A stretch of DNA of 64,000 nucleotides from NCBI GenBank assembly GCA_965208105.1, contig OZ242318.1, positions 1,280,001 through 1,344,000 of the forward strand. Direction: 5' to 3'. Below are positions 1 through 11,864 of the stretch, piece after piece. The stretch is from Candidatus Latescibacterota bacterium (GTDB lineage: Bacteria > Latescibacterota > UBA2968 > UBA8231). The stretch's first letter is position 1. Every line of letters starts with the position of its first letter. A program made the translations under genes and the position numbers. The notes beneath the pieces were generated by a model that had not been told where the DNA came from, did not search any database, and saw only the letters and a list, made by a program, of their open reading frames with translations.

Positions 1-1
1 G

Positions 2-298
2 GAGCCGGGGGAAAGCCTCGAGGAGTGCCTGGTCAGGGAAATCCGCGAGGAACTCGGCATCGCCATCGAGGTGGAGGATTTCCTGGTCCGGGTCGATCAT
101 GGGTATTCGCATTTCAGCATCACCCTGCACGCCTTTGCGGCCAGGTTTCTGCATGGCAGACCCAGGGCCCTGGGCTGCGCCGACTGGCGCTGGATCGACC
201 CGGACGAACTGGACCAATTCGCCTTCCCCAGGGCCGACCGCCGCATAATCGAGCATTTGAGCGCAGGTCGGGTTCCATCCGGCCTGTTGCGGAAATAG
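2..298 (+). CDS. C-terminal Nudix/MutT-like domain, probably the end of a MutY adenine glycosylase or a MutT hydrolase (5' truncated)
   Basis: Frame open from base 2: EPGESLEECLVREIREELGI (Nudix box REUXEEXGU), then HGYSHFSITLHAF and FAFPRADRRII, typical of MutY/MutT C-termini. Confidence 0.75.
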   Translation, partial: EPGESLEECLVREIREELGIAIEVEDFLVRVDHGYSHFSITLHAFAARFLHGRPRALGCADWRWIDPDELDQFAFPRADRRIIEHLSAGRVPSGLLRK

Positions 299-308
299 AG
301 ACAGATAA

Positions 309-944
309 ATGGGAGCGGCCAAGCCTCCAAATATCCTCAAGCGACTTTACGACTGGTTGCTGAGCTGGGCGAAAACCCCTTACGGCGGCCCTGTCCTTTT
401 TGTCTGGGCCTTTGCCGAATCGTCCTTCTTTCCCCTGCCGCCGGATGCATTGCTCGTAGCCCTGGTACTGGGTGCGCGTTCAAAAGCATTGTACTTCGCA
501 GGAGTGACCTCCATCGCCTCGGTCATGGGAGGAGTCGCGGGCTACCTCATCGGCCATTATCTGTGGTGGTCGGGACCGGGGGTATTCAGCGAAACCGCCC
601 AATTTTTCTTCACCCACGTGCCCGGCTTCACCCCCGCCCAGTTCGCGAGGGTTCAGGAACTATATGACGCCTGGGACTTCGCGGTGGTGTTCAGCGCCGG
701 TTTCACCCCAATTCCCTATAAGGTCATCACCGTTTCGGCGGGGGCCTTCGACATTTCCTTCGCCGTCTTCGTCCTGGCTTCGGTGGTCAGTCGGTCCGCC
801 CGATTTTTCCTGGTCGCCGGTTTGTTGTGGAAGTTCGGCCCGGCGGTGAAGGAAATAATCGACCGTCACTTCAATCTGCTCACCGTCGCCTTCGTCGTCC
901 TGCTTGCAGCGGGGTTTTACATCTTCCGAATCTGGGCGAACTGA
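309..944 (+). CDS. DedA/YqaA (VTT domain) membrane protein
   Basis: AFAESSFFPLPPD, GFTPIPYKVIT and RSARFF motifs; several hydrophobic helices. Confidence 0.85.
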   Translation: MGAAKPPNILKRLYDWLLSWAKTPYGGPVLFVWAFAESSFFPLPPDALLVALVLGARSKALYFAGVTSIASVMGGVAGYLIGHYLWWSGPGVFSETAQFFFTHVPGFTPAQFARVQELYDAWDFAVVFSAGFTPIPYKVITVSAGAFDISFAVFVLASVVSRSARFFLVAGLLWKFGPAVKEIIDRHFNLLTVAFVVLLAAGFYIFRIWAN

Positions 945-946
945 AC

Positions 947-1165
947 TCAATTCCTGTTCAATTCATCGCGCGCTCGGCGGAAACGCTTCATGCGCCGGTA
1001 GAATATTATCAGCAGGCCTGCCAGGGCGCCGTAGAGGAAAAGATCGTAGAAGGGACCATCCCAGCCCAGTATGGTCGGCCATAGGCTCAGGATGCAGAGA
1101 ATGATGAAAAGGTCCTCGATGAGATGCTTGGGCTTTCCATCGGATCGACCCGGAGATTCAGACAT
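947..1165 (-). CDS. small two-helix membrane protein, hypothetical
   Basis: 72 aa with two hydrophobic segments and a basic tail; start overlaps the stop of the Slt gene and the ORF fills the gap to the DedA gene. Confidence 0.6.
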   Translation of the reverse strand: MSESPGRSDGKPKHLIEDLFIILCILSLWPTILGWDGPFYDLFLYGALAGLLIIFYRRMKRFRRARDELNRN

Positions 1166-3266
1166 TGGCCAGAGCCTTGTAAATGGTATAGTTCTTCAGG
1201 ACGAGCTTGACGTAGAGCCGCGTCTCCTTGTATGGAATGCGCTCGACGAATACATCCGCATCTTCAATGGGGAAGCGGCCCAGCCATTTGCGGGCGACAC
1301 CCGGACCGGCATTGTAGGCGATCAGACCAAGCTCGAACCCCAGGTCCTGGGTTGGCCCCTCCGTAAATTGACGCACCTGGTTGCCCAGGAAGTAGCTTCC
1401 CATGCGAATGGAAAGGCTGGGGTTGAAAAGCTCCCCGCTCTCGAGAGCTCCAAGGCCCATGGTTTGCGCAAGGCGCCGCCCGGTCTGAGGCATGATCTGC
1501 ATGAGCCCCATCGCTCCCGCGCGTGATACCGCTTTCTCCTGAAAAGAACTCTCCTGCCTGATCACCGAAAGAACCAGGTAAGGATCTATCCCGGCTTCCT
1601 GCGCCGCCCTTTCGACCTCTTCCCAGTAGTAGTTGGGATAGAGGTGATGGAGGTCGGACATGCTCGCGTCGGCGACGAAAATGCGCATGGCCAGGGCCAG
1701 CGCCCGGTCCAGAAGACCAAAGTCCTCGTAGTGGTCCCGGACCACCCGGAGTGCGGCGATGTTGTCCCGGTTGAGACGCTCCGCCCGGTGCAGCTCCGAT
1801 TGGGCGAGTTGCACAAGGCCCAGTTGACGCAGTGCATCTGCCCGCTGCAGGCATTGAACCCCGGCTGCGGACAGGGCCGCCTTGCGGCTGGCGCGCAAGG
1901 ATTCGGAGACGGGCAGCTTTGAACCTGCCCCATCCATATAGCCCTGGGCCCTCGCCCGGGCGGAGTAGTAAGAGCGCGGAAAGCCGCGCGCGGCACTGCG
2001 GAAGTATGCCAGCGCCTGGTCCTCGAGCTGCATTTGACGAGAGGCTTTGCCTGCCCAGAACAGGCTCTGGTCAACGATGTGAGGTTCCCGCGCGGTACCG
2101 CTCAATCCACGAAAAACCTCGAGGGCTTCACCATACTGCTTCCTGCAGTAGTGCATGAAGCCGATGTTCCATTGGGCCTCTTCCCCGTAACGGCTCTCGG
2201 GGTAGCGCTCGGCCAGCTTGCGATAGAGGGCGATTGCCCGGTCGAAGCGGTTGCGGCGCTCCATGGCCTTGGCGGCCTGCCACAGCGCCTGGTCGGCCAG
2301 TTCGTGATCCGGGTACAGCCGCACGAATTTTTCGAAGGAGCGTATTGCTTGCGACTCCTGGTCGCGCCGGATCTGGACACTTCCGAGCCGATAGAGGGCG
2401 GATGGACGCCTGTAGCGCTCGTAGACCATGGCAAAGACCTTTTGAGCATCGGCGTAGCGGCGCGTTCCCACATGGGCCCGGCCCACCAGGAAGTGGGCTT
2501 CCCCGGCCAGAGCATGATGGGGATAGGCCGTAAGGAATTTCTCCAGGCTTCCCGCCGCCCGGCGGTAGTGGCGGTGGCGAAGGTGAACCACCGCACGGGC
2601 GTAGAGATCTTTCGGGGATCCGCTATCCCCCAATCTGGCCATGGCGTCCAGGGCGAGACTATGGCCGGGATGCCTCCTCATCAACTGGATGCGCCGGTTC
2701 CGGGCGGCGCCGGGGTCGTCGCGGGCGTCGTGCGTACGCGCCAGCAGGTGCAGCACCTCCGGGGTCAGTTCGGGCCTGCGCTTGAGCAACTGCCGGTAGA
2801 GTTGCACGGCTTCGTCGTAGGTCCGGCCGCCAACGTAGAGTGCGGCAAGCCGGAAGTACGCCGAGTCCAGGAGAGCTCGATGCTGGGAACTAAGGAGAAA
2901 ATCCTGGTAGGCTGAAATGGCGCCTTCGCGCTCCTCCATTTCCTCCAGGGCAGCGGCCATCCAGTAGCGCCGGTACTCTTCCAGGACGGGGTGGGGTTGC
3001 AGCCGGTGAAGGTTTGCGTAGGCCTCCTCCGGTTTGTTCAGGGCGCGCTCGCACAGGGCTTTCTGGATGATCAGGCGCTGGCGCTGGGACAGGTTCCCCC
3101 CTTCCAGGTCCTGCAGCAGGGCATAGGCTTTTTCGTGCTCGCCGCGGGCGATCAACTCGGCGACCTCGTGGTCCTCCTCGGTCTCGGGAGGCACGGGTCT
3201 GATTATGAGAGGCAGCAGCGCCATGAGACCGAGGGAGGTCCATAGCGGCCGGATTCGGGATGACAT
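1158..3266 (-). CDS. Slt-family lytic murein transglycosylase with N-terminal TPR repeats
   Basis: C-terminal SLT motifs IRQES, GAMGLMQIMP, AYNAGPG, IPYKETRLYVK; TPR-like repeats; N-terminal hydrophobic anchor. Start placed at ATG 3266 (track ORF extends to 3359). Confidence 0.88.
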   Translation of the reverse strand: MSSRIRPLWTSLGLMALLPLIIRPVPPETEEDHEVAELIARGEHEKAYALLQDLEGGNLSQRQRLIIQKALCERALNKPEEAYANLHRLQPHPVLEEYRRYWMAAALEEMEEREGAISAYQDFLLSSQHRALLDSAYFRLAALYVGGRTYDEAVQLYRQLLKRRPELTPEVLHLLARTHDARDDPGAARNRRIQLMRRHPGHSLALDAMARLGDSGSPKDLYARAVVHLRHRHYRRAAGSLEKFLTAYPHHALAGEAHFLVGRAHVGTRRYADAQKVFAMVYERYRRPSALYRLGSVQIRRDQESQAIRSFEKFVRLYPDHELADQALWQAAKAMERRNRFDRAIALYRKLAERYPESRYGEEAQWNIGFMHYCRKQYGEALEVFRGLSGTAREPHIVDQSLFWAGKASRQMQLEDQALAYFRSAARGFPRSYYSARARAQGYMDGAGSKLPVSESLRASRKAALSAAGVQCLQRADALRQLGLVQLAQSELHRAERLNRDNIAALRVVRDHYEDFGLLDRALALAMRIFVADASMSDLHHLYPNYYWEEVERAAQEAGIDPYLVLSVIRQESSFQEKAVSRAGAMGLMQIMPQTGRRLAQTMGLGALESGELFNPSLSIRMGSYFLGNQVRQFTEGPTQDLGFELGLIAYNAGPGVARKWLGRFPIEDADVFVERIPYKETRLYVKLVLKNYTIYKALANV

Positions 3267-3434
3267 GGAATACACCCGTCTTGTTGGTTGGGAGAATCGA
3301 CCCCATTTCTGCACTTCTTCCATATAAAATAGGGCTGGTGTCTCGCCCTGGCCAAGCAAAAAATCAGGAGAGAACCGGCTGGATTCAGGGGAACGGCGAC
3401 TGGTTGTGGACCCAACAGGGGCCGGCGGATGGGA

Positions 3435-6110
3435 TCAGGTGGTAGCCGGGTTGGCCTTTTCCGGATCCAGGTCCAGCTTTTTGATTGCCGTCGAGACCAT
3501 CTCCGCATCGATTTCGCCCTTGCGGGCAAGCGCGCTCAGGGTTGCCAGAGCGATGAAGCGCGCGTCGATCTCGAAAAACTCGCGCAGGGAACCGCGGCTT
3601 TCGCTGCGGCCGAAGCCGTCGGTACCCAGGGCGACGGGAGGACGAGGGAACCACCGGGCGATGGAGTTGGGCAGGGCCTTGAGATAGTCGGAAGCCACCA
3701 CGAAGACCCCGTCCATCCCCTCGAGGCACCTGGCCAGATAGGGAGGCCTGGGGGCCGATCCCGGATGCAGCATGCTCCAGCGTTCCGCCTCCACCGCGTC
3801 GCGGTAGAGCTCCTTGAAGCTGGTAATCGACCACACGTCCGCCGCCACTCCAAAGTCCCGGGCGAGAATTTCCTGGGCATTCACCGCTTCGTTCAGAATG
3901 GAGCCACTTCCGAAGAGATGGGCGCATGGGCGGCCTTCCGGGGCTTCTCTATAGCGGTACATACCCTTGAGGATCCCTCCTTCGACTCCTGCGGGCATGG
4001 ACGGCATGGGATAGGTCTCGTTCAGCAAGGTCAGGTAGAAGAAGACATCTTCCCGCTCGGCGTACATCCGGCGGATTCCCGACCGGATGATAACGGCCAG
4101 TTCGTAGGCGAAGGCCGGGTCGTATGCAACCAGGTTGGGAACGGGATAGGCGAGCAGGTGGCTGTGGCCGTCCTGATGCTGCAGCCCCTCGCCGTTAAGG
4201 GTGGTGCGGCCGGAGGTTCCGCCGAGCAGAAAGCCGCGGGTGCGCATATCCCCCGCTGCCCAGGCCAGATCGCCGACGCGCTGAAGACCGAAAATGGAGT
4301 AGAAGATGAAGAACGGGATGGTGTTGATGCCGTGGGTGGCGTAGGCGGTCCCGGCGGCGATGAAGGAAGCCATGGCTCCTGCCTCGGTGATACCTTCCTC
4401 GAGAATCTGGCCGTCCTGCGCTTCTTTGTAGTAGAGCAAGGTGTCGCGGTCCACCGGTTCGTAGAGCTGGCCGATGTGGGAGTAGATGCCGCACTGGCGG
4501 AACAGCGTCTCCATTCCGAATGTGCGGGCTTCGTCCGGGACGATGGGCACGATGAGCTTGCCCAGCGTTTCGTCGCGCAGGAGCTTGGACAGCATGCGCA
4601 CGAATTCCATGGTGGTGGAGGCGGACCGAACCCCGGTGCCCCGGTGAAACTCCTCGAAAACACCCGGCGCCGGAGTCCCGAGGGCGGGGTTGGCGACGCG
4701 ACGCGACGGCAGGCAGCCTCCGAGGGCGCGCCGGCGCTCTTTGAGATACTCGACCTCCGGACTGTTTTCGGGCGGGAGATAAAACGGGGCATCGGCCACT
4801 TCGCTGTCGGACAGGGGAATCCCGAAGCGGGTGCGGAACCGCCGCAGGTCTTCCTCGTCCAGCTTCTTCTGCTGGTGGGCTATGTTGCGGCCCTCCGCGC
4901 TCTCTCCCAGGCCGTATCCCTTGATGGTCTTGGCCAGGATCACGGTTGGAGACCCCACGTGTTCGGCGGCCGCCTTGTAGGCCGCGTATACCTTGTCCGG
5001 GTCGTGGCCGCCGCGGCGTATGGTGCGGATGTGCTCGTCGGTGAGCAGACCTGCGATTTCGAGCAGCCTGGGATCTTTGCCGAAGAAGTGGCGGCGGCCA
5101 TAGGCGCCGCTTTCAACGGTGTATTTCTGGTACTGGCCGTCGACGATTTCCCCCATGCGCTCGACCAGGAGCCCGTCGCTGTCCATGGCCAGCAGGGGAT
5201 CCCAGCCCCCGCCCCAGATCACCTTGATGACGTTCCAGCCGGCGCCGCGGAACAGGGTCTCGAGCTCCTGGATGATCTTGCCGTTTCCGCGCACCGGACC
5301 GTCGAGTCGCTGCAGGTTGCAATTGATCACGAAGATCAGGTTGTCCAGCTTCTCGCGCCCGGCCAGGCTGATGGCGCCCAGGGCCTCGGGCTCGTCCGTC
5401 TCCCCGTCGCCGATGAAGCACCAGACCTTGGCGCTGCCGACCGACTTCAAACCACGGTCCTCCAGGTAGTGGTTGAAACGCGCCTGGTAGATGGCCATGA
5501 TGGGGCTCAATCCCATGGATGCGGTGGGGAACTCCCAGAAGTCGGGCATGAGCCAGGGATGCGGATAGGAAGAAAGACCGCCTCCCGGGCTGAGTTCGTG
5601 GCGAAAGTTGCCCAGTTGTTCCTCGGAGAGCCGGCCCTCGAGGAAAGCGCGGGCGTAGATCCCAGGGGACGTGTGGGCCTGGAAGTACACCTGGTCCCCG
5701 TTGCAATGGTCGTCCCTGCCGCGGAAAAAGTGATTGAATCCCACCTCGTACAAGGTGGCCGCCGAGGCGTAGGTGGCGAGATGGCCGCCGATGGTCGCAT
5801 CGCTGCGGTTGGCGCGGACCACCATGATCATGGCGTTCCAGCGCAGAATATTGCGGATGCGGCCCTCGAGCTCGTGGCTGCCCGGGAAAGGCGGCTGCAG
5901 GTGGGGTGGTATGGTGTTGATGTAGGGAGTGTTGCCGGCGGAGGGGATGTCGACCCCCGACCGGAGGGCATGGGCATGGATCTGCTCGAGCAGGTGGCGG
6001 GCTCGCTCCGCACCGCCGCGCTGCAGGACGTGGTCGAATGACTCGAGCCATTCCGAAGTCTCTATGGCTTCCTCTGAGAGGGTGTCCTCCGGTATGGATT
6101 TCCCATCCAT
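3435..6110 (-). CDS. aceE: pyruvate dehydrogenase E1, homodimeric type, second copy
   Basis: EWLES, YINTIP, LSSYPHP, TPP motif GDGETDEPE, NCNLQRLDGPV, LEEGITEAG, GTDGFGRS. Start placed at ATG 6110, just after the lpdA stop. Confidence 0.9.
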   Translation of the reverse strand: MDGKSIPEDTLSEEAIETSEWLESFDHVLQRGGAERARHLLEQIHAHALRSGVDIPSAGNTPYINTIPPHLQPPFPGSHELEGRIRNILRWNAMIMVVRANRSDATIGGHLATYASAATLYEVGFNHFFRGRDDHCNGDQVYFQAHTSPGIYARAFLEGRLSEEQLGNFRHELSPGGGLSSYPHPWLMPDFWEFPTASMGLSPIMAIYQARFNHYLEDRGLKSVGSAKVWCFIGDGETDEPEALGAISLAGREKLDNLIFVINCNLQRLDGPVRGNGKIIQELETLFRGAGWNVIKVIWGGGWDPLLAMDSDGLLVERMGEIVDGQYQKYTVESGAYGRRHFFGKDPRLLEIAGLLTDEHIRTIRRGGHDPDKVYAAYKAAAEHVGSPTVILAKTIKGYGLGESAEGRNIAHQQKKLDEEDLRRFRTRFGIPLSDSEVADAPFYLPPENSPEVEYLKERRRALGGCLPSRRVANPALGTPAPGVFEEFHRGTGVRSASTTMEFVRMLSKLLRDETLGKLIVPIVPDEARTFGMETLFRQCGIYSHIGQLYEPVDRDTLLYYKEAQDGQILEEGITEAGAMASFIAAGTAYATHGINTIPFFIFYSIFGLQRVGDLAWAAGDMRTRGFLLGGTSGRTTLNGEGLQHQDGHSHLLAYPVPNLVAYDPAFAYELAVIIRSGIRRMYAEREDVFFYLTLLNETYPMPSMPAGVEGGILKGMYRYREAPEGRPCAHLFGSGSILNEAVNAQEILARDFGVAADVWSITSFKELYRDAVEAERWSMLHPGSAPRPPYLARCLEGMDGVFVVASDYLKALPNSIARWFPRPPVALGTDGFGRSESRGSLREFFEIDARFIALATLSALARKGEIDAEMVSTAIKKLDLDPEKANPATT

Positions 6111-6135
6111 GAAACGGCTGCCCTCTTGGCGAATG

Positions 6136-7548
6136 TCAGTCTCTTCCGGGGACGTAGAGGTGGGTGCCGGCCCCATAGAACAGCTCGGCGGCTTCCATGG
6201 CGGTCTCCGAAAGGGTGGGATGCGGATGAATGCTCATCTTCAGATCGGAAGCCAGCGCGGCCATCTCCACGGCCAGAACGCCCTCGGCTATCAACTCCCC
6301 GGCGCCGACACCGGCGATGCCGACCCCCAGGATGCGTTCGGTGCCGGGGTCGATCAGGAGTTTGGTCATGCCCTCGTTGCGGTCCAGGGTGGTTGCCCGG
6401 CCCGAGGCCGCCCAGGGGAATCGCACGACTTTGACGGGGCGCTTTTCGGCCTCGGCCTCGATTTCGGTGAGTCCGCACCAGGCCACCTCCGGATCGGTGT
6501 AGACGACGTTGGGAATGGCGTTCGGCTCGAAGGCCGCCCTGTGGCCCGCAATAACCTCCACCGCGAGGGCGCCTTCGTGAGAGGCGGTGTGGGCGAGGCC
6601 CGACCCGATGACGTCGCCGATGGCGAAGATGTTGGGCTCGGCGCTGCGGCGTTGGGCGTCTACCTGTATGTAGCCGTGTCGGTCCAGCTCTACCCGGGTG
6701 TTTTCCAGGCCGAGGTCAGCGGAGTTGGGGGTGCGGCCTGCGGCCACCAGTATCTTCTCAAAGGTCGCTTCAGATGCCTTTCCCGCTGCATCCTCGAAGC
6801 CGACCGAGATCCCTTTTTCGACCTCGCTGGCGGCGACCACCCTGGTCTCGAGCAAAATGCGCTCGAATGCCGTCTTCAGACGCGAGGCCAGGGGCCTCAC
6901 CAGGTCGCGGTCGGCTGCGGGTATCAGGCCCGGCAGCATTTCCACCACCGTGACCCTGGTCCCCAGGGCGGCATATACGGTCCCTAGCTCGAGTCCCACG
7001 ATGCCGCCACCCACAACCAGCATGGTCCGGGGAATATCGCTCAGATCAAGGGCGCCGGTGGAGTCCAGAACCCGGTCGTTGTCGATGGTCAATGGGGGCA
7101 CGGCGGCCGGACGCGACCCTGTAGCCAGGATTCCGTAGTCGAAGGCAAGATCCTCCACGCCCCCCGCCATCCTGTCGATTCGCAGATTGCCGGAATCGAG
7201 GAAGCGGGCGCTGCCCTGCACATAGTGGATTCCGCGCGCATCGACCAGCTGGGTCAGGCCGCCGGCCATCTTGCCTACCACCCGGTCCTTCCAGGCGTTG
7301 AGTTGCCCCAGGTCGATTTTCGGCTTGGAGAAACTGACCCCCCAGCTCTCGGCTTCCCTGACTTCGTTGAGGAGCCTGGCAACGTGGAGCAGGGCCTTGG
7401 AAGGGATGCAACCGCGGTAGAGGCAGGTGCCGCCCGGGTTGGCATCCGGGTCTATCAGGGTCAGGTCCATGCCGAGGTCGGCGGCCTTGAAGGCAGCGAC
7501 GTAACCTCCGGGACCGGCACCGACCACTGCTATCCTGGTCTTTTTCAT
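6136..7548 (-). CDS. lpdA: dihydrolipoamide dehydrogenase (E3)
   Basis: GAGPGG FAD motif, GGTCLYRGCIPSK redox disulfide, GGGIVG NAD motif, HPHPTLSE. ATG 7548 overlaps the aceF stop (ATGA). Confidence 0.95.
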   Translation of the reverse strand: MKKTRIAVVGAGPGGYVAAFKAADLGMDLTLIDPDANPGGTCLYRGCIPSKALLHVARLLNEVREAESWGVSFSKPKIDLGQLNAWKDRVVGKMAGGLTQLVDARGIHYVQGSARFLDSGNLRIDRMAGGVEDLAFDYGILATGSRPAAVPPLTIDNDRVLDSTGALDLSDIPRTMLVVGGGIVGLELGTVYAALGTRVTVVEMLPGLIPAADRDLVRPLASRLKTAFERILLETRVVAASEVEKGISVGFEDAAGKASEATFEKILVAAGRTPNSADLGLENTRVELDRHGYIQVDAQRRSAEPNIFAIGDVIGSGLAHTASHEGALAVEVIAGHRAAFEPNAIPNVVYTDPEVAWCGLTEIEAEAEKRPVKVVRFPWAASGRATTLDRNEGMTKLLIDPGTERILGVGIAGVGAGELIAEGVLAVEMAALASDLKMSIHPHPTLSETAMEAAELFYGAGTHLYVPGRD

Positions 7549-8849
7549 CCTTCGAGGAGGAGCAGGAAGGGGTTCTCCAGGGCCTGGGCAATCCATCGCA
7601 GAAAGCGGGCCCCGTCAGCTCCGTCGATCTGGCGATGGTCATAGGAAAGGGCGAGCGGCATCATCAGGCGCGGCTTGAACTCCCCCTCGGAGAACACGGG
7701 CTCCATGGCGCCGCGGGCAACCCCGAGGATGGCGACCTGCGGAGGGTTGACGATGGGCGCAAAGGCAGTGCCGCCGATTCCACCCAGGTTGCTGACGGTG
7801 AAGCAGCCGCCCTGCATTTCCTCCCGAGTGATCTTGCCGCTGCGCGCCTGCTCGGCCGTCCGGCTCAGTTCGACTGCGAGTTCCACGATGTTCTTCTTGT
7901 CCACGTCGCGGACGACCGGCACCAGGAGGCCGCGATCGGTGTCCACCGCTACGCCGACGTGGTAGTATTGTTTGAAAACCACCTCTTTGCCGGCCATGTC
8001 GATACTTGTATTGAACTGGGGAAAAACCTTGAGGGCGGCAGCCGCAACCTTCAGGACGACGGCGGTCACGGTCAACTTTGCCCCGGAGGCCGCGGCCTTT
8101 TCCGCGAATTCCCGGCGCCAGCGCTCCAGATCGGTGATGTCCGCCTTGTCGAATTGGGTTACGTGGGGGATGGTGGCCCAGGCATGGCTCAGGCGCTCTG
8201 CGGTCGTGCGGCGCACGTTGCTCATGGGCCGGCGCTCGACGGGTCCCCACTGGCTGAAATCGGGCAGGGGGGCTGCAGTCACCCCGGGGGGGGCTCCAAC
8301 CTGTTGGACCGAACCCTCGGCGTTGAGCTTGCGGGAGAAGGCCTTGACATCCTCCTGGGAGATGCGGCCTCCAGGCCCCGATCCGGAGACCTGGGCGATA
8401 TCCACGCCGATCTCCCTTGCCAGACGCCGCACCGAAGGGGCTGCCGGGACCGATTTGCCCTGAGCGGACAGGGTGATGGTCGCTGCCGCAGCCGGCGGCT
8501 CCGGTTGGCTCTCCGCGGCCGGGGGCTCCGGTGGTCTCTCCGCCGGCGGCTGCCCGGCCGGTTCCGTCGCGGCCTCCATCGGCTCCGACTCGCTCTCGGG
8601 GGCGGGAACGGAGTCGGTATCGACGGTGAGAATGGCCTGTCCGACGCTCGCCCTTCCCCCTTCCTTGACCAGGATCTCCTTGATTGTTCCGCTGACGGAG
8701 GAGGGGATCTCGATTACAGCCTTGTCGGTCTCGAGCTCAATGACCGGCTGATCGGTGGCCAGGACATCCCCTTCCTTGACGAGGACGCTGATGACGTCGC
8801 CGCCCTCGATGTTTTCCCCCAGATCGGGCAACTGGAATTCAGTCGGCAT
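7545..8849 (-). CDS. aceF: dihydrolipoamide acetyltransferase (E2) with a single lipoyl domain
   Basis: Lipoyl motif ETDKA, Pro/Ala linker, PSVRRLARE subunit-binding domain, catalytic SYDHRQIDGA. Confidence 0.93.
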   Translation of the reverse strand: MPTEFQLPDLGENIEGGDVISVLVKEGDVLATDQPVIELETDKAVIEIPSSVSGTIKEILVKEGGRASVGQAILTVDTDSVPAPESESEPMEAATEPAGQPPAERPPEPPAAESQPEPPAAAATITLSAQGKSVPAAPSVRRLAREIGVDIAQVSGSGPGGRISQEDVKAFSRKLNAEGSVQQVGAPPGVTAAPLPDFSQWGPVERRPMSNVRRTTAERLSHAWATIPHVTQFDKADITDLERWRREFAEKAAASGAKLTVTAVVLKVAAAALKVFPQFNTSIDMAGKEVVFKQYYHVGVAVDTDRGLLVPVVRDVDKKNIVELAVELSRTAEQARSGKITREEMQGGCFTVSNLGGIGGTAFAPIVNPPQVAILGVARGAMEPVFSEGEFKPRLMMPLALSYDHRQIDGADGARFLRWIAQALENPFLLLLEG

Positions 8850-8899
8850 AGGGAGATCCTGGCATCAGGTTACAGGATGAAGGTTGCGCGCTGACCGGT

Positions 8900-11584
<2,685 letters not shown>

Positions 11585-11622
11585 TTTTCCGCCGCGCTTC
11601 CCTTAGTTCAAAATGCCTTGTT

Positions 11623-11663
11623 GGATGTCTACACAATCGCTTTCGCAGGGGTAGACAGAATCC
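11623..11663 (-). promoter_or_regulatory. inverted repeat or hairpin in the aceE upstream region
   Basis: TGTCTAC (11626-11632), 18 nt, GTAGACA (11651-11657); the minus strand has a GC-GAAA-GC tetraloop inside. Confidence 0.45.
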
Positions 11664-11864
11664 TCGATCAGGAAACTAAATATAGTAAAGACAGTCTCTA
11701 AGAGCAAAAACACGGAGGCGGGAAATGGGTGGAATAACGCCTGATCGGAGAGGGTCGGGAGGCGGTCTATCCCGTCCTGCTCCCCTGGCGGAGCCGCGCC
11801 GGTCCAATCCGGATTCCCGGTGCAGGCCGGAGGCGAACGCCGCCGCCGAACCGGGGCGGGAATC

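Noticed and set aside
3429-6041. 870-aa plus-strand ORF and similar long antisense ORFs (for example 52660-55515, 45609-47141, 47555-49051)
   Set aside because: They mirror well-supported genes on the opposite strand, lack motifs, and are expected in GC-rich DNA with few stop codons.
8480-8610. Low-complexity Pro/Ala/Glu-coding stretch
   Set aside because: It is the normal flexible linker of the E2 subunit.
11811-11864. GGATTCCC...GGGAATCC inverted repeat after the symporter gene
   Set aside because: Short GC-rich stem with no U tract; at most an ordinary 3' hairpin.
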